Shown: positions 25,792 to 38,725, counted from the stretch's first letter. The stretch is 64,000 nt of DNA from Nitrospirales bacterium (GCA_965203295.1 CBDBCZ010000018.1:160001-224000), one strand, 5' to 3'. Numbers and translations: made by a program. The notes: generated by a model from the sequence alone, not told the origin.

Positions 25792-27200
25792 ATGAACACC
25801 GGAGGTTTCTACCGGCGAAGTAGCGTTAGAGATCGTGATCAAATTTTGAGTGGCTCTGAAACGAACCACGATGCCGTTTTGCTAAGCATCAATGAAAAAC
25901 TGACGGCAATATGCGATGTACAGAGCGAACAAAAGGGCGCTTTACTTCAGCTCAGACACGAGCAGCAGGCGTCCAGCAAGCAAATGCAGGATGACATTGC
26001 ACAACTTTCCAGGAAATTGCAAGATGTACAGGAGGGTCTTGCATACGTGGAAAGCCTTGGGTCACAAGGGAGAGCTTCAAACAGTACACGTGTTAAAGTC
26101 CCCCGAGAACTATCGGTAAGTATTAATATTAGTGAGCTTTTTTGCTAGGCTATACCAGATCCACAGACAATTGGTATGTTAACCTGCATATTTCATCCTT
26201 ATTTTATGCAGAACAAAGTACGAGAACTTTATACAAGGAGCGAGAGCTGTTTTGATCCTAAATTGAAGTATTTTTATGCATATTAAACCATCATAGCTAT
26301 TCAGCTATCTATTCTTATTTGTGGATACACAGATTCCGTGAACCAGGAAGTAGCTAAGTTTTTGAAGGCCTAGCTCATGCAGGCCTACTCAGACAAGTTC
26401 AGTAAAGCGGAAACAACAAGAGGCTTGTTCTCGCATGCTAAATTAATGTGAAAGATATTAATTTTAAGGTTGCTATCATAATTGTATAGGAGCAGTGTAT
26501 CGCTACTTTGAGTCTCGCAGGAAGCTTGACCAGGACAGCGATCCCAAGCGAGCTCTCCAGGCGGCCAAAAACCACCGGAATACAAATAAATATCTTGCTC
26601 GTAAAAGGGTAAGTTTTCCATATTGATGTGCATGACACGGTGTACATTGTTTATCACAATTCACACTTCCTCAGTTCTTTGAACGCCGAAATAAAATGGT
26701 GCGGGCTGTGCAGAATAAATTCTGGATTAAGGTTACACCAGAGTTTATGAGCGATGCCTCTAACACAGAAGTCGAATCTGTGAACACAAAGAGAAGGCAT
26801 TCCCCTGGATGGAGATCACAAGGTGACAGTAAAATTATTACATTCGCATGTGACTGCTGTGCACATTCTCATTTCTCAATACTGATTGCTACTAAGCACT
26901 TCACAATACTGATTGTTACTATAAGCACTCCTTTGGCTTTTCTCATCATACATGCAGAGCTTAATCGTCTGATTAAGAAACTGGATAAGCGTCTGGGTGA
27001 TGCGGCGAAGAAGACCCCTAGTAACTGTAGGGCACAACCGCACGTGTATGGTGAGCCTGCTGCCGGTCGTCCTCTACCAAAGAGCTATGAGGAGTGGATG
27101 CTGCAGCCATCTCATCGTAGTCATCAACTAGTAGACCCTGATACACCATGTACTAGTCCTCCCTTGATACACCCACCCCTAACTGACAAACTTACAATTC
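25792..27200 (+). pseudogene. Multi-exon C14orf93-like (transposon accessory-type) gene, probably inactive
   Basis: Coiled coil then KVPRELS/gtaagt, NKVRELY, AVYRYFESRR, LFERR, VTPEFMSD...HSPGWRSQ/ELNRLIKKLDKRL with GT-AG introns. In-frame TAG near 26371. Same motif order as 58716-61349. Confidence 0.55.
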
Positions 27201-27879
27201 ACCAATGTTTCTTTTTAGCACCTCTTCTGCTGGGCCGGCTGTTAGCCTCCCATCTTCCCCATGTCAATCCTCCCCATCTTCAGATGATTCAGACTTTTGG
27301 CACTTTATTTTCAGATTAAGTGATTTTTATAACTAGCTGTCAGTGTACAATTTTGATGTAGGCATGCATACTTCATAACAGTAATTTAAGTCTGTATAGA
27401 CGATCGAGTTGTACTTGTATTTTGCTATTGCTGAGTATTTTTGTGTCACATTTAATTGCAAAGTGCATGCTGGGTTGTCGACCGGAAGTGAATTAAAAAT
27501 TTGAAGCCATATAGGTGTGTTATGTGGCGTCCATTGCATATTAATGGTATTCACTATAATTTTATTCATACAGCAGCTGTGTTTACTCAGCGGGGTGAAA
27601 GACGGCTGTATACATGAGCAGGACGGGTACTTAAGACGGCTTGTATAAACTGCCTGTCTTCTGAAGTGGTACGAATACGAATTAGACGGTGCTTGTGTAC
27701 ACAGCAAGCCGGTGTTGATCTACTTACCGCGCTCCACTGGAACACGAGTCTTACTACGCGGAATACGTGACCGTATTCACCACCGTTTACTGCTGTGTAG
27801 CATTCTAAAGTAAGAAATACTTCATTACTAACTAGACAGAAGCTATAGAGATGGATAAAGTGAGGAGAGTTGAGATGGG

Positions 27880-28696
27880 TGTGTGTCGGGAGGGGGGAAA
27901 AATGTCGGAAGCAGACGCTAGGTAGAGGGAAGTGATTCACTACTCTGCTCCCGCCAGGTGTTTGTGCCTCTTCTGAAAGCAGTCACTGGAAGAGTCTCCA
28001 CTATAAACAACCAGATGTCACAGTTTTTGACAAATCCGTGACGTTATGGTGTCTGTGGTGGTGGGACGGAAATGGTCGGGCTGACGGGAGGGAATGAATA
28101 CGCTTATATGGAAGCAAGGATGACCACCAGGTGGACATAGTGGGGGTGCTGTGGAGGGAAAAGGGTTTCCCATAGATTGTTTATAAGGGGATAGAGAGCC
28201 TGGTATGTGCAGAGATGCTCTGAGTGAATGTTGGAGAGTCCAGCTGTGTTGGGGCAAGAGTTTCATTATATCTCTCCTCTTGTTGTAGGCTCACAGCAGT
28301 TCACCACTGCCCTCCCCACCCCTCCAACATGGTTTCCTGCAAGTCATCCTCATTCTCTTCCATCATAACAGCATCCAGAACTGAAGATACAGATGTGCAG
28401 GGGCTCTTTTTAGCTTTCATTTTTAGCTGTTGTGCAGTATAGGAGTGTTGCTGTTATCAACAATTTTATAGTTACTATCCTGAATCCATAACAATGCTTA
28501 CCATAATTCTATTCATAGTATTACGTACCTTAGGAAGTGTAGTAAAGACCTACAAGTGTCCGCTCGCTCTTGGCTCCTCCCGCTTCCATTACAGCACAGT
28601 AAAGGTAATACCGTTGACAATGACGCATATATGCGTCTATCGCGGTTAACACAATTTTACGTGTGACGCATATATGCTTCTATCGCGTATAATCGG
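27880..28696 (-). mobile_element. Degraded piggyBac-like element: one terminus plus remnants
   Basis: ...CGCGTATAATCGG-TTAA (28697-28700) with paired TGACGCATATATGCGTC palindromes. Acidic stretch and a VCFRHF remnant on the minus strand. Other end not found. Confidence 0.45.
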
Positions 28697-29652
28697 TTAA
28701 GTCATATAGGTGAGCAAGAAGTTGCCTCCTTTTGCTTGCTTCCTTCCTCCCCATGCACACCAGGTGGGGTGAAGGACAGCGAGGGTGTATAAACAGGAAG
28801 CAATTGTTACATCCCAGCTCTCTCCGCCCAAACCTTGTGGTTACTGCGTTATCAGCTCAATCATTAGCAGCCATAGGCCTAATACGTTACTGTCTACTCA
28901 GCCTAGTTTGCTTATCAGCTGTAGTATGTTAAGCACCATATATCAATCAATGCTTTAGCGTTAGTTCTGTCCATGTGTGTGTGTGTGTGTGTGTGCATGT
29001 GTAACGGATGTGACATCCACTAATAAATCTGGATTGCGTGAGAATAAGCGAGAAGACTGATGTCATTGTATGATGCGAGTACTTAGTACTTTGACCTCTC
29101 TGCAAGCATTGGAACGACTTCGACGGCTGTGTGCGTTATTAATCATGCATACAAAGTGCTTTGGCTATTAAAAAGAACATGGTGTGCACACATACTATGC
29201 ACTTTCTCCCCACTGCGCCTGAGTCAATTTTCAACGCACTGAATGTGAAGCTGCCTCCACGTGGCTCAGTCAGCAGCATTACTAGCTAACTGCATGCAGA
29301 TCCATCTCTGTGTAGTCTAATTTTGCTCACTGAGCAGTGGTACACAACAAGTCTCTTCTATAGACACCTACTTGTAATGACCTAAAGATATATATATGCA
29401 TGTGGACATGATGTTTCTTCCCAGTCCAAGAACTAGTTTACCAGTAACAACTTCGTAAGTACAATCGCTGTACATGCATATTAGAAACCATGGCAGACTA
29501 CGTAGGATTTTTGCCTCTATCCTGTTACTTCTACAAATACATTTCTGGGACTGTGCCTCAAAGCATTCCATATCCTAATATAAAAATAATGGCAATTTAA
29601 AATGCAGTGTTTGTTTGATTGTACCTTACTTCAGTGGGTGACCCCTCATTAA

Positions 29653-32600
29653 GGGTATACATTCGACTACAGATTTTTCTATCAATTTTTTGCAATCAAA
29701 TCACGCTTAGGTGAATTAGTTGAAAACTGCAGTAAAAAAGTGGGTGGGGCTCGAAAGGGTGGGGCTAGGTACTACCGTAGTTACGTAAAGTACAGAATTG
29801 TAGCCCAAATTATCGGACTTGTGAGTAACTGAGAGTAACGATTCCACCGTCACAAGGTGAGATTTCAGGAGGACTACAAACTCACGTTAGCCTTTCCCGG
29901 AATATTGCATCTTTGGGTTGCAATGAGCCATCAAAAACGCGATCAGGAGAAGCCCCTGGCGCTCTGGCTACCAGTTGCGGATTAGCAAAAGCTAACGTAA
30001 ATATTAATTATTCCTCCCGAAGACTCAAATGCATCAATCGGCGTTGGCATACCTCAATTCGTTGTCCGATAATCAGCACTACCGGGAATCGCTTGAGTAG
30101 CTGAGTTATTACAAGTTATAAAAAAAGTTTTACGACTTTGTCCGGATAATAAGATATACCGTAAATAGGAACAGTTTGGAATTACGAAAGATTATAGCTG
30201 GTTAATGTAAGTTACAAGGGAAAAAGTTACCATAGGTTGTACAGAAAATAAGGTATGCCGTAAATCGTGAGCATTGGATAATGGATCATGGAACACTGGA
30301 ATCCGTAAGCCCACCCACTTTGAAATGGAACGGAATTCTAAGGATCTGCACGTGGTAACTTGCAAAAGTGACTGCATCGTTGATTCATTCGTTCGTTCGT
30401 GAATCATGCTTTCCAGAGATGCGATTTATCGTCGTAGACGAAACCCTCACTCTAGTAAGAGCGAGAGGTTTTGTCTTTTGAGAGCCAAACGAGAAGAATC
30501 ATCCACCGCTGAGGTGGATGGGCGAGGTATGGGAGAAGGCGGGGGAGAGGTAAGGATAATGGTAGGGGGAGAGGGAGAAGGCGGGAGAGAGGTAGGGATA
30601 GTTGAAGGGGGAGGAGAGGGAGGGGTGATAGAAGGGGGAGAGAGAGGGATAGTGGAGGAGGGAGATGGAGAGGGTGGGGAAGTGGTAGGGAGGGTGGGAG
30701 AAGGTGGGGGAGAGGTAAGGGTGGAAGGGGGAGAGGAAGAGGGAGAGATGGGAGAGTGGGAAGAGGGAGGGATGGGAGAGGGGAAGAGGGGGGTTTTACC
30801 AGTAGCAATAACGAACCTGAGACTCCCATGGGGAAAAGAAAGCATGCTCCTGAGTGTGAATTTCTTCCCACTCCTGTGAGAAGAAAGCTTCTCACGGAAG
30901 ACCCTGCGATGGCCACTGCATTTATAGGTGACAGTTCTCACATTCAGGATTTTGTAGACCAGGTGAACTGCACAAGCAAATGTAGTTCACCTGGTTGCAG
31001 TGGACAATTAGCAGTTGTTTGCAAAAAAGCTCAGGGTCTAGGAGGGGCGATTGAAGTAGCATACCAATGTAACGGCTGTCTAGCTCGCTCTTTGACTTTC
31101 CGTACTTCGGTGGTGGGAAAAGTTAGTCAACAGCCACTACTAAGTGTAGCCATCCAGGTAGCTTTCATCTGTGGTGGTTCCACTTATGCCCATTACCATA
31201 AAGAGCTGGGGAGAGCCTTGGGGATGTGTACTGTAGATGAAAAGGGGTTTTACAAAACCCTCCAGCTCATGTACCCCCACTGTAAAGCCATTTTGAATGG
31301 CATGTGCCAAGAGGCCAAAGAAGAAATGAAGGCCATGAAGCCCAGTGAGCTTGGGAGTTGGGAGCGTGCAGTTACTAGCGGTGATGCAGCTTGGCTGATT
31401 AGGGGGTATCATAGCCAAAACTGCACTTTTCATGTGCGTAACTACATGAATGGTGCTGTGCTGTACTATCGCCACCTCTGCCAAAGGGGCAAGGATACAG
31501 TGGTGGAGGGAGACCTTTACCAGGGTACTTCAAAGTTTGCTGAAGGCTATGGAGCTTCCATGGTCTTCGAGCAGGCTAAGAAAGAAGGCCTGCAGATTGA
31601 GGTTCACTTTGAGGATGGAGATTCCTCGAGCCCTCTATCTCTTAAGGAATTTTATCCTGAAACACAATTGATGCTCTGTGGGGGTCATGGTGCTCGTAGC
31701 CATGAGAAACAATTGAAAAACTTGCAGAAACGCAAGTTTTTCAGTAGTGATGAGAAGAAGCAGTATAGAAAGAAGTACCCAAATATTGACAGTGCAGAGT
31801 GTCACTGCATCAATAGACACGCTTACAAAGCGGGATGTGGGTGCTTCTCGGATGGCTTCATCAAGCAGGCTAGATAAAACTTTACTGCAGCTCTGTTTGG
31901 TGCAGTGACTGATGCAGACAAGTTTGCTCGCACCATGAGGTGTCTGGGTGAGCATCATGCCAGAAATGAGCATGAGTGGGAGGGAGGGCACTGTGAGTTT
32001 CACCCCCTGAAACGCTGCTCCTGTGGAAAGTGCAGTGGGGGTGAACTCAAATGCCCTGGGAAGCCCTACAATGCCAAGAACCCCCTCACTTGTCCCTTTC
32101 ATAGTTTGGCCTACCAAATTGAATGTGAGAAACGGGCTTCCCAGAGCAATGTACTCGTGCATGCCATCCTTGGTAGAGGCCACACCAATCAGGTTGAAGC
32201 AGCTCATGGTGTTTTCACAAAATTCAGGGCCAAGGATCTGAATTTACAGCGCTTACATTACAATGTGTTGACAGACTTGGCCCTTATGCAAAGCAACATG
32301 ACCTGGCTCTTCCAGAAAAAGGGCCCACAGTACCACTGGCTTCTCGACCTGTTTGAACGAATGGGACTGCCGATACTAGCTGGTATGCCAGAGGCTCTAA
32401 AGCTTTTTAATCACGAGAGCCAGTAAACTGAAACGCAGTAAAACAAAAGAGGCAAAGATGAAGAGAAGCCAGTCTAAAAGCAAGCATAGGGAAGAAAAGC
32501 AGCAGCAAAGGCAGGCCTGGGGTAAAGAGCAAAAATTAATGCACTATTATGGTCCAGAACAACTGGATGATGATAGTCTGTGCACGCCCACCAGAACCAG

Positions 32601-33700
32601 AAAGGGTCGATCCAGGAAGATCCTTTCTGATGCTGGTAGTGAAGCAAGTGGTGCTGGTAAACAGCCTTGTAGGTGTGGCTCACTGGCTCATTCCCGAACC
32701 AGTCATCGGGACTGCCTTATGAATAAGCGCAATGCTGCTGCTGTGGGCTCATGCACTCCGGTCATCACCACTGCAGACAGCGATGATGACATCAGTAGTG
32801 CTGTTCATGAGCTCGTAGAGTATGACTTTTCAGGTTGTGAAGAGGGTGGATATTGCAGTGACGAACTGGGTAGTGGTGACGACAGTAGTGACATTAGTGA
32901 TGAGGGGGAATGTACATGTGGAGGAGAGTGAACCCACAGTCGCTCTTGTCCCGCCAATCCATGTAATGTTGGCAATAGGACAGGGGGTGTGAGCTCCTCT
33001 GTAGCAAGAGCCCAGAGCTCCTCTGTAGCAAGAGCCCAGAGCTCCTCTGTAGCAAGAGCCCAGAGCACCTCTTTAGCGAGAGCCCAATCACCCTCCTCAG
33101 ATTGCCTGGACTCTGAAGGTGAGGGCATAGTGCATTGCAAGAGCCCCAAAACTTTTGCAATCACTGGCACACCTACACCTACTTGGAAGGATGATGCCAT
33201 GGCCTTCCTGGCTACCTTGGTGCATGAGCATGAAGATGTCAGACCAGTAGAGTGTCAGGAAATAGCCCCCCACATTCGTGACAGCATAAGACCAGATGGT
33301 AACTGCTTGTACAGAGCCATCTCCAAACAAGTCACCGGTAGTCAGCACAATCACATGGCACTGCGCCTGGCTATGATTCAGTTCATGCTGCACAATGAGC
33401 ATGCTGTAGCCGTAGCACGCCTTATGAATGTGAAGTTCCGTGGTGATGTTCTGGATGACCACGAGAGAAAAAGGCGTACTGTAGCTGCCTTGCATTTCGT
33501 GTCATTGCCACTATGCTTCAACTGGAGATATTCACCTTCAGTGGAAGTAGTAAGGGTCAACGTCGTTGGGTACATTTTCTGCCAGTATTTTCAAAACCCT
33601 CCTGTATGCCCATGTATGGTTACAAAATATTCCTGTATCACAACCGTTCTGGTGACCACTATTATTGGGTGATCCCCGGTCAATAGAATAGGTCAAGACT
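29653..33700 (+). mobile_element. Kolobok-type DNA transposon; right terminus not found
   Basis: TTAA (29649-29652) followed by GGGTATACATTCGAC (RR terminus typical of Kolobok), ~750 bp upstream of a Kolobok-like transposase. Confidence 0.55.
30406..33690 (+). pseudogene. Kolobok-like DDE transposase fused to Cys/His knuckles and a C-terminal OTU protease
   Basis: CxxxxC...CxxC, SGDAAWLIRGYHSQN (D1), YQGTSKFAEG, EDGDSSS (D2), CGGH, HTNQVEAAH (E). Then CRCGSLAHSRTSHRDC, CTCGGE*THSRSC, RPDGNCLYRAIS and LYHNRSGDHYYWV. ORFs 30756/31905 and 32458/32989 are each in frame across single stops. Confidence 0.8.
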
Positions 33701-33744
33701 GTTCAGTGTAACTAATGTACCTGCATCTGATTTTCCCTGGTCGA

Positions 33745-33975
33745 ATGTCCCAGGTGCTGAAGGTCTGTTGTTTTCCTGGTGTACATCTTAAATATCCCAG
33801 GTGATGGTCTGTTGTTTCCCTGGTTTCGTGCTAGACGTCCCAGGTGAAGGTCTGTTGTGTTTGGTTGACGTGTTAGACGTCCCAGGTGTCCTGGTGTACA
33901 TCTTAAATGTCCAAGGTGAAGGTCTGTTGTTTTCCTGGTTTCGTGCTAGACGTCCCATGAGAAGGTCTGTTGTGG
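33745..33975. repeat. Short degenerate tandem repeats (cccaggtgaaggtctgttgttttcctggt)
   Basis: About six variant copies. Confidence 0.8.
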
Positions 33976-34069
33976 TCTGCCTTTTAGCTCTTTTAGGGGT
34001 AGCCCTCACCTTTATTGTGGGTTGTAACACGAACGGTCGATCCGCTAAAGACGTAATCGTGCGTAATCG

Positions 34070-34862
34070 TTACCAACCAATGACACATATATGCGTCATG
34101 AGCTCCCATAAGCCCATATGAATTTATATGGGGGTTTTAACCCTTTGAGCGCGGTACTTGATTATTCATAACTTCCGCGTCACGCGGAAGCTAATTTAAT
34201 TTTTGTCTACGTTGCATGTGCTCGCAGTTATGTAGAGTTGTAGGCTATTTTCTGTGCTGAACGGCAACACTGGAAGCCAGGGAGTGTAAAGCTATCGTTG
34301 TTTAGTGTGTAGCTGGTGTACTAAAGTCCCTACTAATGCAGAAGAGCGAATACAAACGGCAGCACTAAAGCTAACCTTGGTAGTCGCCATGTGTCTGTCC
34401 CCTCATCTACAGTGGTGAGTCGCTTCTGTTACTTCGTGCCGGTTCTATTACTAAGTGCTGGATCTGTACCTAAGGCCTCATGCTCTGACTGCAGCCATAC
34501 TCAGCGTTTTTGGCTTCAAAAGCCTTGTAGACGCTACCCGCGCCTTTGCCGCGTACTAACTGTGCTACACAACTAAGCGTCAAGTGAACGCTTCGAACGA
34601 CTTGTGACGGGGGTGGAGCTTTAGATCGATTGCTAAAGACCGTGGGGTTTTCCCCCTAAAGTGTCATGCGTGCCATAAAATTGGAAGGGTCTGACCCGTA
34701 GCACTTATTACGGCGAGCGTATATATACGCTCGCCGCGATACGCGGAAGTAATTTTTGAGCGTATATATACGCTCGCCGCGTTCAAAGGGTTAATACTAG
34801 GCGTTAATACTTTGTACAAGCTTTTCTGCTTCTTTAAGCAGTTTCTTATGGTCAGTAAAGGG
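34070..34862. mobile_element. Small TTAA-type MITE (left end eroded) hosting MITE-3 copy b
   Basis: Right end TGGTCAGTAAAGGG-TTAA (34863-34866). Left ttaccaacca followed by the ATGACACATATATGCGTCAT palindrome. Confidence 0.6.
34141..34790. mobile_element. MITE family 3, copy b (650 bp, inverted relative to copy a)
   Basis: TTAA at 34137-34140 and 34791-34794. TIR CCCTTTGAGCGCGG / CCGCGTTCAAAGGG. Confidence 0.95.
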
Positions 34863-35139
34863 TTAATTAAAACGTGTAAAACGTGTTCACACCGATTGGT
34901 TGTACAGCTTATTTTACGTATGCGCATGCGCATTCTATTGCGTGCATGGCTTTGAAAGCAAGATACAGAGCTGACAGCTGTTAAGGACATACCTGGGTCA
35001 GCAGCTAACAGATCAGGTCCTGGAGCTTCTAGAGAAGAGAGAGGTTCTTAGGGAGCTAAGCCAGGGAGGGGACAGTAGAATGAGCAGTAAAATAATATTA
35101 TACTATGGTACGCTACACTACTGGTGATTTTACCGCCTA

Positions 35140-35545
35140 TTCTACTTACAGACCATGTCGCAACTAAAAGTGGTAAGTCACCTCATCAATTCCCACACCC
35201 ACTGTAACTTTATTGGTGGGTCTCATCTCTTATTAACACAGGGAGATTCTGTGAAGTTTGGGGGGATAAAACTGGGACTGTAAGTTACATGACATCGTCC
35301 TAAATAACCAGTACCTGTTTTCATAATATTATACCTGTATGCTGTAGATTTCCGATTTTATACCACGCCATACTAATGCGGTCATAAAAGTGGAAGCTGC
35401 GGGGGGCTCAAAAGTCCCACCACTCCGTTCCAGTGAGCTCACTCGAACCTCGTAAGTTGTTATGTATACCTCTGGTTCTGTATAACCCTGAGATGATTCC
35501 AATGACACCACACCTACATACAGTAACACCTCCCGCCAAACCCAC
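35140..35545 (-). pseudogene. Possible highly degraded KDZ/Zisupton-like transposase fragment
   Basis: AGGVTVCRCGVIGIISGLY, then after an intron-like gap VI*DD(A)CNL (needs a 1-nt correction), resembling GG..CxCG and YDxAC motifs. Confidence 0.25.
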
Positions 35546-35784
35546 TGCAGTGGGTGAGTTAGGGCAGTTTACTGAAGAGTAGAATGAAAGTAGAATGGCA
35601 GTAGAATGAACAGAGGCATGGGTAGTTAGAATGGAAGAATAGTGGTTCCCTGGCATAGAAGCTGGCGGTGGACAGTTTTCATTAGGTGGGACTATTCCAA
35701 GTCTCTTAACTGTGTTATATAGATTAAATTAACATTGCAAGATGTATAGACGACTACTGTCTTGTTATGCTGAATGCAGCTTAA

Positions 35785-38725
35785 CCCTTTATACGCGAGA
35801 AATTACGAGGAAATTCCTGTAATACGATAAAATTATTAGCGTCTGATATTCACGTGCGCGTGTTGGAGACCATGCCGTTTTACTTGAGTTTGCGCTTGTT
35901 TGACGATGTACTCACCCGTTCCGAGACTGGAGAAGGATCGAGGTATGCCAGGCCGTGGATACTGACGGCCTCTAAACCTTGAAGTCCATGATTATCGATC
36001 ACTGAGGCGGCATATAGGTAAGCGTACGGGGTGGGATGGCAATACGAGCTAGATACGCAGCGCCATATGAGCGCTTCTGCTTAAATAGCTTCTAGCAATG
36101 CCCTACTGGTGTTTCTTAGCAACTAGTATAGTGTTCTGTACCAGTATCATAGTCATAGCAGAAGGTTATGTAGCGTGAATCGAAGTTTCTATCACTAGAC
36201 CTAGATTACAAGTTAGCATGTTGAATATGTACATAAACTACAATGACCAAACCATGGTAAACTACTTAGACAGAAGGTGGTGATACATATTTGGTGTGGT
36301 AGAGGTAGAAACAATCCTCCTGTGTACCATTGTGGCAGAAGAAGTGGCCACAATCTTGGCAAAACCACTTGGGGTCATGCCTCTCCTTCCTATACAGGTG
36401 GCAGTAATGACACTGGTGATTTTTGTCAGATCCACGTACAGGAAAGCGAGCCGGGCAAAACTTCTTTGATGCCTGCTGATTGGTCGGCGACTTGAGCGTT
36501 TGCGGCTGCAGTAGCCTCCAATGAGTTCTTTGGCAAGAGCGACTCGAAATGTCTTGATGTCGGTGATGGCAAGGTCAGTGTGGCAAGGTCAGTGTGTTTA
36601 CATAGGATGTATGCATTTGTGATGGCCAGATCGAATATGAACCAAAATATATACTTATAGTACTTCCTACACTTTAGTCGTACGTGATAATAGCCTCGTA
36701 ATTGATCGTTGTGATCTACTCCTCCCATATATTGATTGTACAGTGCTACTGAGGCCGGTGATGTGACCGATACTCGGCTACCATCTTTCTGCTTCCGGGC
36801 AACAGTCATGGACAAGGTGGGGTCACTGTTTGTTGCAGCAACAACGACAGGTTTACTGTCATACAGTAAGTCATGTTCTCATACTGCCAGGTCTTCGAGT
36901 GTCCTCTCTGAAAAGCCCTTCTTTGCAACTGCTTTCAAATCAGCAGGACAACCTTTCCTATTGATACGGAGAGTGCCGCAGCCATAGATACCTGCCTTGA
37001 GGAGCTTTAGCAGGAGGGACATACCGTTAAAGTAATTATCAAAGTACACATGGTGATACAAGTTTGTCAGCTGCTGGGTGAGGGTAATGACCACATTGCT
37101 ACCTAGGCCAGCCTCTACTCTATCTCCTTCCTTCCCAGTGTACACAAAAAATTCCGATATGAAGCCATTTGTACTGTCTGCCCTTGCCCAGATCTTAAAA
37201 TCCTCTCTTTACTGGCTTCTTGGGCATGAACTATTTCATGGAGGAGCGTCCTTTAAATGGTATCATGGCCTCATCAATACTTACTTCTTTGTGGGGATGG
37301 TAGAGCATCAAGAGCCGCTCATTGATCATGTCAATTATTGGCCGGATCTTTCCAAGGCGGTCGTAGCCATCAGCACCGAGAGCAGCTAGTGTGGAGTTAT
37401 CAGCGAAGTGGAGGTAGCGTTGGATGTCAAAGAAACGATCTCTGGTGATTCTGCTCGCTATTGGTGCATAGTGAAAAATTTCGTCCCTTTTCCAATAGTC
37501 AGCCAGTGATGGTAGCTTGACTACACCCATCAAGATCATGAACCCCATGAAAGCCTTCATCTCCTCGATGGTAATCTGTTGCCATGTGTCAAATCTGTCC
37601 CCCATACACTGTGAGGCGTACTGGTTGGACTGATCGACAATCCACTGGAGGATGGCAGTGGTAAAGATGAGAAGGAAAGTCTCCAGCGGGCTGCGGGGAA
37701 TCAGGAGTGTGGGTCCGACGTGCTTGGTGAATGGACGGACTGTGACGGGGCTCAGGTTTGTTGACCAGTTTATGGTACTTATGCTGAAATTGTGTGTGTG
37801 TGAATGTGTGCGTACGTGTGTGTGCATGCATATGCATGCACCCAAGTCATACATGGTAGATTTGGTGTATGTCTGTATAAGTGTATGTATGTGTGCGTAC
37901 ATGTGTTGGTGTGTATGTATGTATGTGTGTATGCATGTACATGTATGTGTGTGTATGCATTGGTGACCTTGCAAGTGCCTGTAAGATGCACACGTCCACA
38001 CTTGTGCCTATCACGGCATGAACATGCAGACTATTTACATGTACCTGGTGTCCATGGGTATCAAGGGGTCTGCCGTACCAGTAGTGGTCCTGTACAAACA
38101 GTGCATTATATGTAATGCAAGGCTTTTGTTTACTTGTGCTCCAATATTCACTTACATCTCAATCTCATTCTCTTCCTCTCTCTCAGCCTCATTCTCTTCC
38201 TCGCTCTCAGACCTATCACCTCGTACCACTACCTCCTCAAACCCAAGCTCATCATCACTCCCTGGGAACATCACATCATCCAGGCCATCGTCATCCATGT
38301 AGTCATCCTCACTGTCGGAGTGAAGGAGGCCAACCACATCCTCTGCTGTCAGGAAGGCTCTATCTACTAGAGCTCTCTGCCATCCTATAATTAATTTTGA
38401 TTACAAAGTGCATTGATTTGATGTTATTCATTGCGCATGCTGCAAAGTAGTGGGTGGGGCTGACCTTGGCCGTGGCACGGAGAATCTCGGGGAAAAAGAA
38501 ACGCTGTGTAAACGCAGGTAAGTGAAGTCTCTCGAGCGTACGCTGTGTAAAAGAACTACTTGATAGCCAATACAGCCGTTACTGTGTGCGCAAAGCGGCA
38601 GCTGCCCGTATGAGTGTGCTTGAGCGCGTTAAGTGCGAGGTAGTGGCTATGACGACTATAGTCGTCATTCGTAGTTAACGTAATGTTATTCATGACGACT
38701 ATAGTCGTCATTCGGGTATAAAGGG
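35785..38725 (-). mobile_element. Full-length piggyBac element (2941 bp)
   Basis: TTAA at 35781-35784 and 38726-38729. TIR CCCTTTATACGCGA / TCGGGTATAAAGGG. Paired ATGACGACTATAGTCGTCAT palindromes at 38649 and 38691. Confidence 0.95.
36270..38383 (-). pseudogene. piggyBac transposase with two spliceosomal introns, frameshifted
   Basis: SIDEAMIPFKGR, YFDNYF, YNQYMGGVDHNDQ (DDD triad), acidic N-terminus, Cys-rich C-terminus. Exons 38383-38156, 38089-38045 and 37783 onward. Confidence 0.92.

Noticed and set aside
30447..30941. Pro/Ser-rich minus-strand ORFs
   Set aside because: Antisense shadow of the purine-rich linker of the transposase.
33740..33752. Right TIR of the Kolobok (gtcgaatgt matches the left-end reverse complement)
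   Set aside because: Only ~9 bp match, with no ATACCC-TTAA.
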